64,000 nt of DNA from Microcoleus sp. (GCA_042408215.1 JAYFMW010000028.1:344108-408107), one strand, 5' to 3'; positions 1 through 10,623 are shown, counted from the first letter of the stretch. Notes: a model not told the origin generated them from the sequence alone. Numbers and translations are program-made.

Positions 1-877
1 TATTATTTTTTTGGTCTGCAAAAACAGCTATTCTTTCTACTGCTGATAAGAACGATCGCCGATCCATTGTAATTTGCCTCTCAAAGGAAGGCGGAATTAA
101 CTGCCGATATGCTGGATATTGCCCTTCCAAGGTGCGGGTTGTCAGTCGCTGGTCGGCCCATTCAAACACAACTTGACCCTGCTCAAAATGCAGGGTAACA
201 GGTTCAGTCCACTGCCGCATGACTAACATTCTTTCTACTTCCCGCAAGGCTTTGGCTGGGACTGTCACTTCAAATTCTTGTTCTGTTTCTTCTCCTTCGG
301 CTTTTTCATTGGCTGTTTGAACTACTGCTAATCTGTGGCCGTCTGTGGCTGCAAATTCTAGACAGTCTTTTAGTACCTTTAAATGCACGCCTGCAAGTAC
401 CTGTTTTGCTTCGTCGGGGCTAGTAGCAAATAAAGTTCCTTTGAGCCCTTCTATTAAGGCTTCTGGGGGCAAATTGAGGATTGTTCCTCCTTCTATTGCG
501 GGTAATTCTGGGAACTCTTCTGAACTCATGCCTCTAACTTGGTAGCTACCAGAACTGCAAGTGAGATATGCTATATACGCCGTGCCATCGTCTCCCGCTT
601 CGTCTTCTAAAGTAATCTCTCCATCTGGGAGTCGGGAAACAATATCGTTGAGCAATTTAGCGGGTATGGTAAAACTGCCACCTCCCGTCACTTCTGCTGC
701 AAAGCTGGTACGAATGCCCAAACTTAGATCGAAAGCTGTCAAGTTAACCCGCTGATTTTCCTCATCCGCTACTAAGAGAACGTTGGCTAGTATGGGATGT
801 GTCGGGCGTGAGGGAACGGCCCGACTTACCAACGAGAGGTTGGCGTTGAGGTCACTTTGGGTGCAAACCAATTTCAT
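1..877 (-). CDS. dnaN: DNA polymerase III beta clamp (3' part outside the window)
   Basis: Not in the ORF track; minus strand from ATG at 877 reads MKLVCTQSDLNANLSLVSRAVPSRPTHPILANVLL...LTAFDLSLGI, with ATDGHRLA further on; lies downstream of dnaA. Confidence 0.95.
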   Translation of the reverse strand, partial: MKLVCTQSDLNANLSLVSRAVPSRPTHPILANVLLVADEENQRVNLTAFDLSLGIRTSFAAEVTGGGSFTIPAKLLNDIVSRLPDGEITLEDEAGDDGTAYIAYLTCSSGSYQVRGMSSEEFPELPAIEGGTILNLPPEALIEGLKGTLFATSPDEAKQVLAGVHLKVLKDCLEFAATDGHRLAVVQTANEKAEGEETEQEFEVTVPAKALREVERMLVMRQWTEPVTLHFEQGQVVFEWADQRLTTRTLEGQYPAYRQLIPPSFERQITMDRRSFLSAVERIAVFADQKNN

Positions 878-999
878 GAGAGGAAGGTGAATTAACCGGA
901 TTTGAGATAGAAACAAATCCTATCACAGAAAGTCGGTGGGGAATCCCCAGGATTTTTAGCTTCGGGCTGGGGGTTGCTTTTCTGGAGGTGCGCGGTGGA

Positions 1000-1235
1000 A
1001 GATGCTTTTACTTTTTTGAGCTAATTTTCTGGGCGATCGCACTGTACAAACTGTGGAAAATAAATTCAAATGCTGATCGGGTATAGTTTTTGTGGATTTA
1101 TGCCTGTGGAAAACTTGTGAAAAAGTTGGCTGAGTCGATCGCCCAACTCTCGATCGTCAAAAACTTTTTGCAGCGAGAGATTAATGTTTTCCACAAAATC
1201 AGGGTCATTTGTCCACAGGTTTTTCCACAGGTAAG
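1000..1235. promoter_or_regulatory. Probable oriC, cluster of DnaA boxes
   Basis: TTTTCCACA-type 9-mers at 1052-1060, 1105-1113, 1187-1195, 1221-1229 and near matches at 1091-1099, 1116-1124, 1209-1217 in the dnaA-dnaN intergenic region, the usual cyanobacterial oriC position. Confidence 0.85.
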
Positions 1236-1240
1236 CTTAC

Positions 1241-1500
1241 GGGAATGGGGAATGGGGAATGGGGAATTGGCCAAACAGGGAATGGGGAATTGGGCATTGG
1301 TAGCAAATAACTACTGACTACTGACTACTGACTACTGACTAATGACTACTGACTAATGACTACTGACTACTGACTACTGACTAATGACTACTGACTACTG
1401 ACTAATGACTACTGACTAATGACTACTGACTAATGACTACTGACTAATGACTACTGACTAATGACTACTGACTAATGACTAATGACTACTGACTAATGAC
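1241..1500. repeat. STRR heptamer arrays (GGGAATG/GGGAATT, then TGACTAA/TGACTAC)
   Basis: Visible tandem 7-mers directly after the dnaA stop. Confidence 0.95.
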
Positions 1501-1506
1501 TTCAAA

Positions 1507-2880
1507 TCAACTTTTGCGGCCGATCGCATTAATGCGATCGCTCAATTGACGGAGAGTTTGGGACAAATTCGGGTCAGTGTTCCGCAACTGAGCAATTTTG
1601 TCGCAACTGTAAAGCACAGTTGTGTGGTCTTTTCCGCCGAAAATTTCGCCAACTTTCGGTAAACTCAAAGCAGTGTGCTGCCGGATTAAATACATCCCGA
1701 TTTGACGGGCAAAGCTAATTTCTCGCTTGCGGCAATTGCCTTTCAAATCTTCAACAGAAACGTCGAAAGCTTCTGCCACTACTGCGATTACGGCGTCGGG
1801 AGTCGCTTTTACAGTTTCAGTTTGTGGGTTCAACACTGGGGAGATATTTTCCACTGTCATCGGCAAACCTGTAATTGAAAGATAGGCTACCGCCCGAATC
1901 AAAGCTCCTTCTAATTCTCGAACATTGGAAGTGTAGCTAGAAGCAATATATTCAATGACATCTCGCGGCAACCGCATATTTTCATATTCGGCTTTTTTCT
2001 GCAAAATTGCCATTCTGGTTTCCAAGTCTGGTAACTGAATGTCGGCAATTAATCCCATCGAAAATCGCGAACACAAACGCTGTTGTAGGCGGGGGATTTG
2101 TTGCGGGGGGCGATCGGAAGCTAAAACTACTTGTTTTCCGGCTTCGTGCAAAGTATTAAAAGTGTGAAAGAATTCTTCTTGAGTGTATTCTTTGCCTTCA
2201 ATAAATTGAATATCATCTACTAATAAAACATCCGCTGCTCGATAATGATCGCGGAAAGTTTGCATACTATCTTTACGAATGGCGGCAATCAAATCGTTGG
2301 TAAATTTCTCAGTAGAAACGTAAAATATTTTGGCTGTGGGGTCAATTTCTAAGCGGTAATGACCGATCGCCTGCATGAGATGAGTTTTGCCCAAACCGAC
2401 GTCGCCGCACAAAAATAGGGGATTGAATTCTCGGCCCGGAGACTCGGCTACTGCGAGGGAAGCTGCGTGAGCCATGCGGTTGTTGGAACCGACTACAAAA
2501 CGGGAAAATAGGTATTTGGGGTTGAGATTGGCTGGTTTGGGGGGATGCAGCGAGTGGCTTTCTGGGACATCGGGGGCGATCGGAGATGGCCAAATCAGTC
2601 CTTGCTCGCCGTTACCGTCGGTTTCAGTCCCCCCAGCAATTGTCAAGTAAATTTCTACCTGATAGCCGAGAATGTCGTACACTGCATCGGCAATGATTTT
2701 GACATAATATTTCTGCAACCAATTGCGAGCAAAGGGGTTGGGGGTGCTGACGATCAAACAGTTATTTTCCAGTTGTTCGGCTCTGGCTGTTTTGATCCAA
2801 GTCTCAAAACTAGGTCTGCTCAGTTGTACCTGGAGACGTTCAAGTATCTGATTCCACAGACTTTCGAGGGGAATTTCCAC
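1507..2880 (-). CDS. dnaA: Chromosomal replication initiator DnaA
   Basis: [16 protein letters not shown]alker A, LLVDDIQF Walker [11 protein letters not shown] domain IV signature. Confidence 0.99.
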   Translation of the reverse strand: MEIPLESLWNQILERLQVQLSRPSFETWIKTARAEQLENNCLIVSTPNPFARNWLQKYYVKIIADAVYDILGYQVEIYLTIAGGTETDGNGEQGLIWPSPIAPDVPESHSLHPPKPANLNPKYLFSRFVVGSNNRMAHAASLAVAESPGREFNPLFLCGDVGLGKTHLMQAIGHYRLEIDPTAKIFYVSTEKFTNDLIAAIRKDSMQTFRDHYRAADVLLVDDIQFIEGKEYTQEEFFHTFNTLHEAGKQVVLASDRPPQQIPRLQQRLCSRFSMGLIADIQLPDLETRMAILQKKAEYENMRLPRDVIEYIASSYTSNVRELEGALIRAVAYLSITGLPMTVENISPVLNPQTETVKATPDAVIAVVAEAFDVSVEDLKGNCRKREISFARQIGMYLIRQHTALSLPKVGEIFGGKDHTTVLYSCDKIAQLRNTDPNLSQTLRQLSDRINAIGRKS

Positions 2881-2944
2881 GCTCTACCTCTGCCGATCGG
2901 CATTCAAACAGATTCAATTTGTATTCTCGAAAACTTAGTTTAAT

Positions 2945-3068
2945 CTCACATCTTGCACCATTTTCAGCAACAGGCTGTCCGGCCTGTTCCACAAAGAGTG
3001 GATTTCTTGTGGAACAGGCCGGACAGCCTGTTCATAAAAGGCTAATTGAGAATGGTGCAAGATCTCAG
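2945..3068. mobile_element. MITE, CT(C/G)A(C/G)ATCTTGCACC-end family, with internal REP-like palindrome
   Basis: Terminal inverted repeats; flanking 6-bp direct repeat TTTAAT at 2939-2944 and 3069-3074. Confidence 0.85.
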
Positions 3069-3215
3069 TTTAATCGAAGTGGCGATTTTGAAGGTCGATC
3101 GATCGATCGATCAATATTTTTTGCGGGCTGGTGAGCAAATAGAGGAAGGTGAATGCTAAAGTTTAAGGGAGTCTGCCGATCGCCCTAAAATTCTGTAAAA
3201 TTCTGTGGGCCGCAA

Positions 3216-4526
3216 GTGGCTCACAGGATACGGGAATCAGCTCGCAAATATTTTGATTTGGCAAAAAAGCCTAAAAACCTCGTGATGAAGAGTTCTACTG
3301 GCAAATTTTGGAAGCAACCGGCAATTTACATATTGCTGCTGGTGACGGGAGCTGGGGCCGCAATGTTGGGCGATCGTCTGACAGCTTCCCAATTACCTGC
3401 AAATTCTGGCGCTCCGGGACAAAAAACATTGCAGCCGCAATTGCAATTGCCGATTAATACTAAGCCTCAAGCTAGCAAAGTCTTGCCGCCGAATTCTGTT
3501 TCGGGGAATCCAGCTAATGTCAATTTTATTGTGGCCGCGGTGCAAAAAGTTGGCCCGACAGTGGTTCGGATCGATGCTACCCGCAAGGTGAAACCGGGAA
3601 ATAAAGGGCTGTCGCCGGAAGATTTTTTGGGCTTAGATCCGAATTCAGGCGGCCGGGGTGGGGTGGAACGGGGTACTGGTTCGGGTTTTGTCATCGGTGC
3701 TGACGGCGTGATTCTCACTAATGCTCACGTTGTAGAGGGGGCTGATACAGTAAATGTAACTCTCAGGGACGGTCGCAGTTTTCAGGGGCGGGTGTTGGGA
3801 GCAGATCAGGTGACGGATGTGGCGGTGGTGAAGATTGAGGCGAATGATGTCCCTGTGGTGACGATCGGCAATTCCGATCGGCTGCTGTCTGGGGAATGGG
3901 CGATCGCGATCGGCAATCCTTTGGGTTTGGACAATTCGGTGACAGCAGGGATAATTAGCGCTACGGGGCGATCGAGTTCTGATGTAGGCGTGCCCGACAA
4001 GCGGATCGGTTTTATTCAAACAGACGCTGCGATTAATCCGGGGAATTCCGGTGGCCCGTTACTGAATGCTTCGGGCGAAGTTATTGGCATGAATACGGCG
4101 ATTATTCAAGGTGCTCAAGGATTGGGCTTTGCAATTCCAATTAAGGCGGCTCAACAAGTTGCGAAGGAACTAATTTCGACGGGCAAAGTCGAACACGCTT
4201 ATTTGGGCATTGAAATGGCGACGCTAACTCCTGATGTTAAACAGCAAATTAACAGCAACAATAACAGCAACATTCGAGTGACAGTCGATCGAGGAGTTGC
4301 TATTATTAATGTTGTTCCGGCTTCTCCCGCTGCGGCATCTGGTTTGCGGTCTGGGGATGTGATTCAAAAGATCAACAATCAGCCGATTATTCAGTCGGAA
4401 GCTGTTCAGGAATTCGTGCAGAATGCTAGGGTTGGCGGACTTTTGCAAATGGAGATTAATCGCAATGGGCAAATACTCAATTTGAGTGTGAAACCGGGGA
4501 ATATGCCAGTCCAAAAACTTCGATAA
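3216..4526 (+). CDS. HtrA/Deg family serine protease with PDZ domain (true start may be near 3285)
   Basis: TNAHVV, DVAVVK and GNSGGPL triad motifs, N-terminal hydrophobic helix, C-terminal PDZ. Confidence 0.95.
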   Translation: MAHRIRESARKYFDLAKKPKNLVMKSSTGKFWKQPAIYILLLVTGAGAAMLGDRLTASQLPANSGAPGQKTLQPQLQLPINTKPQASKVLPPNSVSGNPANVNFIVAAVQKVGPTVVRIDATRKVKPGNKGLSPEDFLGLDPNSGGRGGVERGTGSGFVIGADGVILTNAHVVEGADTVNVTLRDGRSFQGRVLGADQVTDVAVVKIEANDVPVVTIGNSDRLLSGEWAIAIGNPLGLDNSVTAGIISATGRSSSDVGVPDKRIGFIQTDAAINPGNSGGPLLNASGEVIGMNTAIIQGAQGLGFAIPIKAAQQVAKELISTGKVEHAYLGIEMATLTPDVKQQINSNNNSNIRVTVDRGVAIINVVPASPAAASGLRSGDVIQKINNQPIIQSEAVQEFVQNARVGGLLQMEINRNGQILNLSVKPGNMPVQKLR

Positions 4527-4643
4527 TCATTAGTCAGTAGTCAGTAGTCATTAGTCAGTAGTCAGGAGTCATTAGTCATTAGTCAGTAGTCATTAGTAAT
4601 TAGTCAGAATTACGAATTACGAATTACCAATTACCAATTACGA
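4524..4643. repeat. STRR heptamer array
   Basis: CATTAGT/CAGTAGT then AATTACG/AATTACC tandem units. Confidence 0.9.
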
Positions 4644-5177
4644 ATGCCAGAAATATTGCAAATTTCACAATTAGGAAATCCCGTATTGCGCCGCCGATCG
4701 CAATTTGTGGAGAATATTAAGGACGATCGCCTTCAGCAGTTGATAGACAACTTAATATTTACAGTACAACAGGCCAACGGGGTGGGGATTGCCGCCCCTC
4801 AAGTCGCTAGGGGCGATCGGCTGTTCATCATCGCATCCCGTCCCAATCTGCGATATCCCCAAGCACCCAAGATGGAACCCACAGCGATGATCAACCCCCG
4901 AATTATAGCTAGCTCAACAGAGACAGTCAAAGACTGGGAAGGCTGTTTGAGCATTCCGGGGATACGGGGGTTAGTGCCGAGAAGTCGATCGATCGAGATA
5001 GAATACACCAGTAGAGACGGCCAACTCCACCAACAAGAATTAACAGATTTTGTGGCTCGGATTTTTCAACACGAACAGGACCATTTAGACGGAATCGTGT
5101 TTTTAGACAGAGTGGAAAGCACCCAAGAACTGATGACTGAGGATGAGTATCAGCAGCAAGTTGTCAACTTACTATAA
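4644..5177 (+). CDS. def: Peptide deformylase
   Basis: GVGIAAPQV, EGCLS and QHEQDHLDG motifs. Confidence 0.97.
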   Translation: MPEILQISQLGNPVLRRRSQFVENIKDDRLQQLIDNLIFTVQQANGVGIAAPQVARGDRLFIIASRPNLRYPQAPKMEPTAMINPRIIASSTETVKDWEGCLSIPGIRGLVPRSRSIEIEYTSRDGQLHQQELTDFVARIFQHEQDHLDGIVFLDRVESTQELMTEDEYQQQVVNLL

Positions 5178-5199
5178 AACTTGATATAATTGGTAGTAA

Positions 5200-5334
5200 C
5201 TGAGATCTTGCACCCGCAAATCAAAAGCTTGTAGGGGCGGGTTCACCAAAAGTTTTCTCATGGTGCAGACAGGTTAAATAAACCCGCCCGCACCCACAAA
5301 AAAGCCCCTGATTGATATTGGTGCAAGATGTCAG
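5200..5334. mobile_element. MITE, same end family as 2945-3068, different internal REP
   Basis: CTGAGATCTTGCACC...GGTGCAAGATGTCAG; 6-bp duplication TAGTAA on both sides. Confidence 0.85.
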
Positions 5335-5369
5335 TAGTAACCGCAGTGATATTGTGAATAGGAGGGCAA

Positions 5370-5939
5370 ATGTCGATCAACTTGGAAAAAGGCGGGAGAA
5401 TCAATCTCTCTAAAGAAGCACCGGGGCTAAAAAGTGCTGGGATAGGTTTGGGATGGGATACCAATGCTACAGATACCGGCGCAGCGTTTGACTTAGATGC
5501 TTCCGTGTTTATGTTAGGTGCAAATGCGAAAATTCCCAGCGAAAAATACTTTGTTTTTTACAACAACAAAGAGTCGCCAGACACTTCTGTAATCCATCTG
5601 GGAGATAGCAGAACGGGAGAAGGTTTTGGCGATGATGAAACAGTGACCGTTGATTTAACTAAAGTCGATCCGGCGGTGCAAGAAATTGTGTTTGTGGTAA
5701 CAATCCACGAAGCTGAATCGAGGAGGCAAAACTTCGGTCAAGTGCGGAATGCTTTTATCAGGATTTATGATACTACGACTAACATAGAAGTCACTAAGTA
5801 CGATTTGGACGAGGATTTTTCGAGGGAGACTGCGGTGGAATTTGGCCGACTCTACAAGAAAGACGGCGAGTGGAGGTTCCAAGCCGTCGGACAAGGCTAC
5901 AATTCAGGCTTACAAAGCTTTGTAGAGAAGTATTCCTGA
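5370..5939 (+). CDS. terD: TerD family stress protein
   Basis: GLGWD, FDLDAS, VFYNN, GDSRTGEGFGDDE, WRFQAVGQG. Confidence 0.93.
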   Translation: MSINLEKGGRINLSKEAPGLKSAGIGLGWDTNATDTGAAFDLDASVFMLGANAKIPSEKYFVFYNNKESPDTSVIHLGDSRTGEGFGDDETVTVDLTKVDPAVQEIVFVVTIHEAESRRQNFGQVRNAFIRIYDTTTNIEVTKYDLDEDFSRETAVEFGRLYKKDGEWRFQAVGQGYNSGLQSFVEKYS

Positions 5940-6143
5940 TCGAATGGCGATCGAATCCAGCTAAATAAGTCAAGGGAAAATTCGGAAAAATCATGAATAT
6001 TCCCTTGATTTTAAAGGCTACTAATGAGAGGATAAACCTGATGGGCATTCAATTAAGCGTTGTGACCCCCAGATTATGTAAAAAACCCGGTTTATTGGGT
6101 CGGAGTGCATAAGTCCTGTCCTACTAATCAGAGGATAAACCTA

Positions 6144-7682
6144 ATGGGAATTCAATTAAGTAAGGGCGAAAGATTTAATCTTTTTCAAGAAGACGCTAAT
6201 TTACAAAAGGTGTCATTCGCCCTGGGCTGGCAAATGAATCAAACCACAGAAAGCTATGATATAGATGCTTCTATATTCATGTTGGGTGCAGATGGAAAAA
6301 TTCCCGACGAAAGATACTTGGTATTTTACAATAATCTGCGCTCTCTCGATGACTCTCTACACCATTTAGGAAATCGCAAAACTGGGAAAAACCAAGGAGA
6401 CAACGAGACGATTGATGTAGAATTGAATAAAATAAGTCCAGCTATCCAGGAAATTATTTTTGTCGTCACCATTCACGAAGCACAAGCAAAAAATCAAAGT
6501 TTTAGCCAAATCCAGAATGCTTTTATTAGACTTTATAACTCAGAAACCGACACTGAACTTGCTTCCTACAATCTCAAAGAGAATTTTTCACAAGAGACAG
6601 CAGTCGAGTTTGGAAGGTTATATAAAAAAGACGGAAAGTGGAGGTTTCAGGCTGTAGGACAAGGATACAACGCCGGCTTGCAAAGTTTTGTAGACAAATA
6701 TTATGTCGAAAATAAACAGGAAAATCAGCAAGCAGAAACTAACTTAAAAATATCAGATTTTGAAATCCCAGAATTAGCAATAACTGAATTAGCAGCTACT
6801 CAATTCAAAATTCCCGAAGTAGTAATTCCTGCCTTAAAAATCCCAGAATTAGCAATAACTGAATTAGCAACTCCCAAAGTTAGTAACAAAAGTCAGAAAG
6901 CTATAGCTTTCGAGAAACAACTGGAAGAAAAAGCGCCGCACATTTTCAATCTCGTTAAGAAAGCCGATATCTCCCTCCAGAAAGCAAATCTCACAAATCA
7001 TGATGCTAAGGTAGCGCTGTGCTTGGATATTTCTGTATCTATGTCTTCGCTGTACAGTGCGGGAAAAATTCAGCGTTTGGCTGAGAAAATTTTGGCTTTG
7101 GGATGTCGGTTTGATGACAACGCAGCGATGGATATATTTTTGTTTGGTATCAACTCTTACAATGCGGGCGAAATGACGATCGACAATTTCCCAAACTTCA
7201 TCCATCATATACTGAAGCGATACCCTTTAGAAGGAGGTACTTATTATGGTAGAGTGATGCAGGAGATTAGAAAATTCTATTTTCCCGACTCTCGCGATGG
7301 TAGTCGCTACGCACCTATTAGCGCCGATAAACCTGTCTATGTGATGTTTGTCACTGATGGAGCCACTGCGGATGAGTCGGGAACCAAACAACAGTTAAAA
7401 TGGTCGTCCTACGAGCCGATATTTTGGCAGTTTATGGCGATCGGCAAATCGCAAAAAGATGTCAAAAATAAGGGCGTTGGCGGCTGGTTTTCTAGGGCTA
7501 CAGCGAGCGATTTTAGCTTTTTGGAGCAACTTGATGAAATGGGCGATCGCCACCTCGACAACGCCGATTTCTTTAGTTTAGAAGACCCGGAAAGTATTGC
7601 AGATGAGGAATTATACGATTTGTTGACAGCAGAATATCCCAATTGGGTGAAATCGGCACGACTCAAAAATATCTTACCCTAG
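6144..7682 (+). CDS. TerD-vWA fusion protein
   Basis: N-terminal TerD domain, low-complexity IPELAIT linker, C-terminal vWA (LDISVSM, FVTDG, PIFWQF); GAGGA RBS before ATG 6144. Confidence 0.9.
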   Translation: MGIQLSKGERFNLFQEDANLQKVSFALGWQMNQTTESYDIDASIFMLGADGKIPDERYLVFYNNLRSLDDSLHHLGNRKTGKNQGDNETIDVELNKISPAIQEIIFVVTIHEAQAKNQSFSQIQNAFIRLYNSETDTELASYNLKENFSQETAVEFGRLYKKDGKWRFQAVGQGYNAGLQSFVDKYYVENKQENQQAETNLKISDFEIPELAITELAATQFKIPEVVIPALKIPELAITELATPKVSNKSQKAIAFEKQLEEKAPHIFNLVKKADISLQKANLTNHDAKVALCLDISVSMSSLYSAGKIQRLAEKILALGCRFDDNAAMDIFLFGINSYNAGEMTIDNFPNFIHHILKRYPLEGGTYYGRVMQEIRKFYFPDSRDGSRYAPISADKPVYVMFVTDGATADESGTKQQLKWSSYEPIFWQFMAIGKSQKDVKNKGVGGWFSRATASDFSFLEQLDEMGDRHLDNADFFSLEDPESIADEELYDLLTAEYPNWVKSARLKNILP

Positions 7683-7768
7683 AGACAGCCTGGGCAACGG
7701 CTAATCAAATCTTGATCTTGGCAGATCTTGAAACTTGCACTCCGTACACTTGACAAAATCACAAAACT

Positions 7769-8368
7769 ATGGCTATCAACTTGACCAAAGGACAATCAAT
7801 CGTTCTCAGCAAAAGCGAATACGACTTATCCAGACTAACAATGGCTTTGGGATGGGATGTGTCGAAAGCTAAAACAGGTATTTTCGGCAGCAGCAGCGGT
7901 GCAAACTTTGACTTGGATGCTTACGCTCTTTTATTGGGGGAAAATGGCAAATTAAAGAACTACAAAGACGATGTAATCTATTACGCTCATTTGGAATCAA
8001 AGGATAAAACAGTTGTGCACTCAGGCGACAATCTCACCGGGGCTGGAGAGGGCGACGACGAACAGATATTTGTGAAATTGAGTGCTTTGCCAGAACAGTA
8101 TCACAAAATAGTTTTGGGCGTGAATATTTACGATGCCAAAAGTAGAAAACAGCATTTTGGCATGGTAAATAATGCTTTTGTGAGGGCTGTAGATGCGACT
8201 GGGAAAGAAATCGCTCGCTATCGCTTGTCAAATGACCCTTCTTATGAAGGAAAATTAAATATGTTAATGGGAGAAGTTTATCGAGAAGGCGGCGAGTGGA
8301 AGTTTAAGGCGTTGGGAAATCCTTTCGCTGAGGATATGAACGGTGTTGTCGGTTCATTTATGCGGTGA
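7769..8368 (+). CDS. TerD family stress protein
   Basis: LGWD, FDLDA, HSGDNLTGAGEGDDE, WKFKALG. Confidence 0.93.
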   Translation: MAINLTKGQSIVLSKSEYDLSRLTMALGWDVSKAKTGIFGSSSGANFDLDAYALLLGENGKLKNYKDDVIYYAHLESKDKTVVHSGDNLTGAGEGDDEQIFVKLSALPEQYHKIVLGVNIYDAKSRKQHFGMVNNAFVRAVDATGKEIARYRLSNDPSYEGKLNMLMGEVYREGGEWKFKALGNPFAEDMNGVVGSFMR

Positions 8369-8400
8369 GATCAAATCCGTTAAATTCAGGGTTGTAGATA

Positions 8401-8602
8401 CCGTATGGTGCGTCGCTATCAACCATCTACAAATCAACTCAAAAATCTCGCAGCGACACACCATACTACCGTAGGGTGCGTCGCTATCAACCATCTACAA
8501 ATCAACTCAAAAATCTCGCAGCGACACACCATACTACCGTAGGGTGCGTCGCTATCAACCATCTACAAATCAACTCAAAAATCTCGCAGCGACACACCAT
8601 AC
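8401..8602. repeat. Three tandem 68-bp REP-like units
   Basis: Units start at 8401, 8469, 8537: GTAGGGTGCGTCGC...GCGACACACCATAC; between convergent genes. Confidence 0.9.
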
Positions 8603-8613
8603 AAGGGGCGGGT

Positions 8614-10167
8614 TTAATCTTTAACAGGCCGCATTGTCGGGAACATCACCGCATCGCGGATGCTTTGAGTATTAGTCAAAAGCATCACCAATCTATCGAC
8701 ACCGATTCCCATACCGGCACAATTAGGCATTCCTAAAGATAAGGCTTGAATAAAGTCTTCATCCATTGGATGCGCTTCGTCATCCCCTGCATCTTTCTGT
8801 GCTAATTGTTCCTCAAACCGCTTTCTTTGCTCCTTCGGATCGTTCAATTCCGAGAAGCCGTTCGAGTATTCCATCCCGTTGATAAATAACTCGAAACGCT
8901 CGACAAATCCCGGTTTGCTGCGGTGTCCTTTGGCGAGGGGACTGACTTCTACGGGAAAGTCAATGATGAAAGTTGGCTGAATTAGTTTGGGGACTACTAA
9001 TTTGTCAAAGACAGCGTACAGCACGTAGCCTAAACTCTGTTGTTCTAATTTAGAAAGGTGCAGTTCTAGTTTAGTTGCAGAGGCGATCGCACTTTCGAGA
9101 TCCAAGCTATCAAAATCCAACCCAAACTCGTCTCTGACAGCTTCCACCATAGTTTTCACTTCCCAGTGTGTGCCGCTAAAACTGGGATATTTTTCGCTGT
9201 AGTCGAACTTGCGTTCTAAACTAATCATCTGTCCCTGATTTTCAATTTCTTTGACATCCCCAAGTACAGCCTGAGCAGCGCTACACATGACATCTTCTAC
9301 AACTGCTAAAATGTCGAAGTAATCTGCGTAAGATTGGTAAACTTCCAAAGAGGTAAACTCAGGATTGTGGGTACTATCAATCCCCTCATTTCTAAAGGCT
9401 TTTCCGAGTTCAAATACTCGCTCAAAACCGCCACAAATTGCTCTTTTCAAGAACAGTTCGGGAGCTACTCGCAAAAACAAATCCACATCCAAAGCATTGT
9501 GGTGAGTGATGAATGGCTTAGCAGCAGCACCACCGTAAATAGCTTGCAGTGTCGGCGTTTCTATTTCATGAAAATCGGATTTCCAGAGATAGGAACGGAT
9601 GCTTTTGACGATGCGACTGCGGAGCATAAAACGGTTGAAAGCGTCTTGGTTGCTCGCTAAATCCATTTCGCGGTGGCGGCGGCAAACTTCGGGGTCGTTA
9701 ATTCCGTAATAAGCATCGGGAAATTGAATAGTAGCTTTTGATAAAAGCGTGAATTCCCGCACTAAAATCGAGAGTTCTCCTCTGGGAGTGCGACAGCCGA
9801 TGCCTTGGACGCCGACAAAATCGCCGATATCGAGCAAATTTTTAATTTGCTTGAAGCTCAAACCGATTTCGCCGGTGACTACTTTTTTCTCAATTTTGAG
9901 TTGGATTTTGTCTGTGGCGTCTTTTAAGTCGATGAAGCAAATGCTGCCGCTGTCTCGCTTGGAGGTGATGCGGCCGCCTACTCGGAGGGATATTTCCTCG
10001 GGGTCACTTTCTCCGTTTTGGAGTTCTTTTTCTGGCTGACTAAATAATTCGCGAACTTGTTGAGCTGTGTGCGATCGCGCGTAAGATTGACTGGGATATG
10101 GTTCTATGCCTTGCGATCGCAGTTCGTCTACTTTTTGACTGCGGACTTCGGCTTCACTGAGAGTCAT
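8614..10167 (-). CDS. lysS: Lysine--tRNA ligase, class II
   Basis: OB-fold (IGDFVGVQG, RGELS), GGAAAKPF, FRNEGIDSTHNPEFT (motif 2), GMGIGVDRLVMLLT (motif 3). Confidence 0.95.
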   Translation of the reverse strand: MTLSEAEVRSQKVDELRSQGIEPYPSQSYARSHTAQQVRELFSQPEKELQNGESDPEEISLRVGGRITSKRDSGSICFIDLKDATDKIQLKIEKKVVTGEIGLSFKQIKNLLDIGDFVGVQGIGCRTPRGELSILVREFTLLSKATIQFPDAYYGINDPEVCRRHREMDLASNQDAFNRFMLRSRIVKSIRSYLWKSDFHEIETPTLQAIYGGAAAKPFITHHNALDVDLFLRVAPELFLKRAICGGFERVFELGKAFRNEGIDSTHNPEFTSLEVYQSYADYFDILAVVEDVMCSAAQAVLGDVKEIENQGQMISLERKFDYSEKYPSFSGTHWEVKTMVEAVRDEFGLDFDSLDLESAIASATKLELHLSKLEQQSLGYVLYAVFDKLVVPKLIQPTFIIDFPVEVSPLAKGHRSKPGFVERFELFINGMEYSNGFSELNDPKEQRKRFEEQLAQKDAGDDEAHPMDEDFIQALSLGMPNCAGMGIGVDRLVMLLTNTQSIRDAVMFPTMRPVKD

Positions 10168-10623
10168 TCGTTATTGCCTGACTAAAATTGCAAATATAGC
10201 AGAAGGAAGAAGAAAGTTCGGCAACGGATTTTGTAACGGATGTAACGGATGTAACGGATGTCGGAATCAGGAAGAAACACAACGCAATCATAGCAATAGT
10301 TTCAGCGATTTTTACGACCAACAGTCAACACTCAACAGCGGTGCCGGGCCCTTCGACTCCGCTCAGGAATGGTTCGACTACGCACGCGCCTACCGCCACG
10401 TAGTCGAAGGGTCGAAGGGTCAACACTCAACAGCACAAAGCCGCCCAAATATTAAAAAATTAAGTTGTATATCGATCGCAAGTGGTGAGATGATCTGTAG
10501 TGCAGCCTCACGGCAGTTCTATAGAATCTGAACAGTAGAGACGATCGTCGATCGAACTCGACTCATCTCACCTCTGCCAGAATCGACCACACACACTCAC
10601 TCTTAGATATAAAAACCATAATT

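Noticed and set aside
345..1317. Short plus-strand ORFs
   Set aside because: Antisense to dnaN or running through oriC and STRR DNA; the same applies to the many short antisense ORFs over long genes across the window.
8401..8602. CRISPR array
   Set aside because: Intervening sequences are identical between units, so this is a tandem REP amplification without unique spacers; no cas genes in the window.
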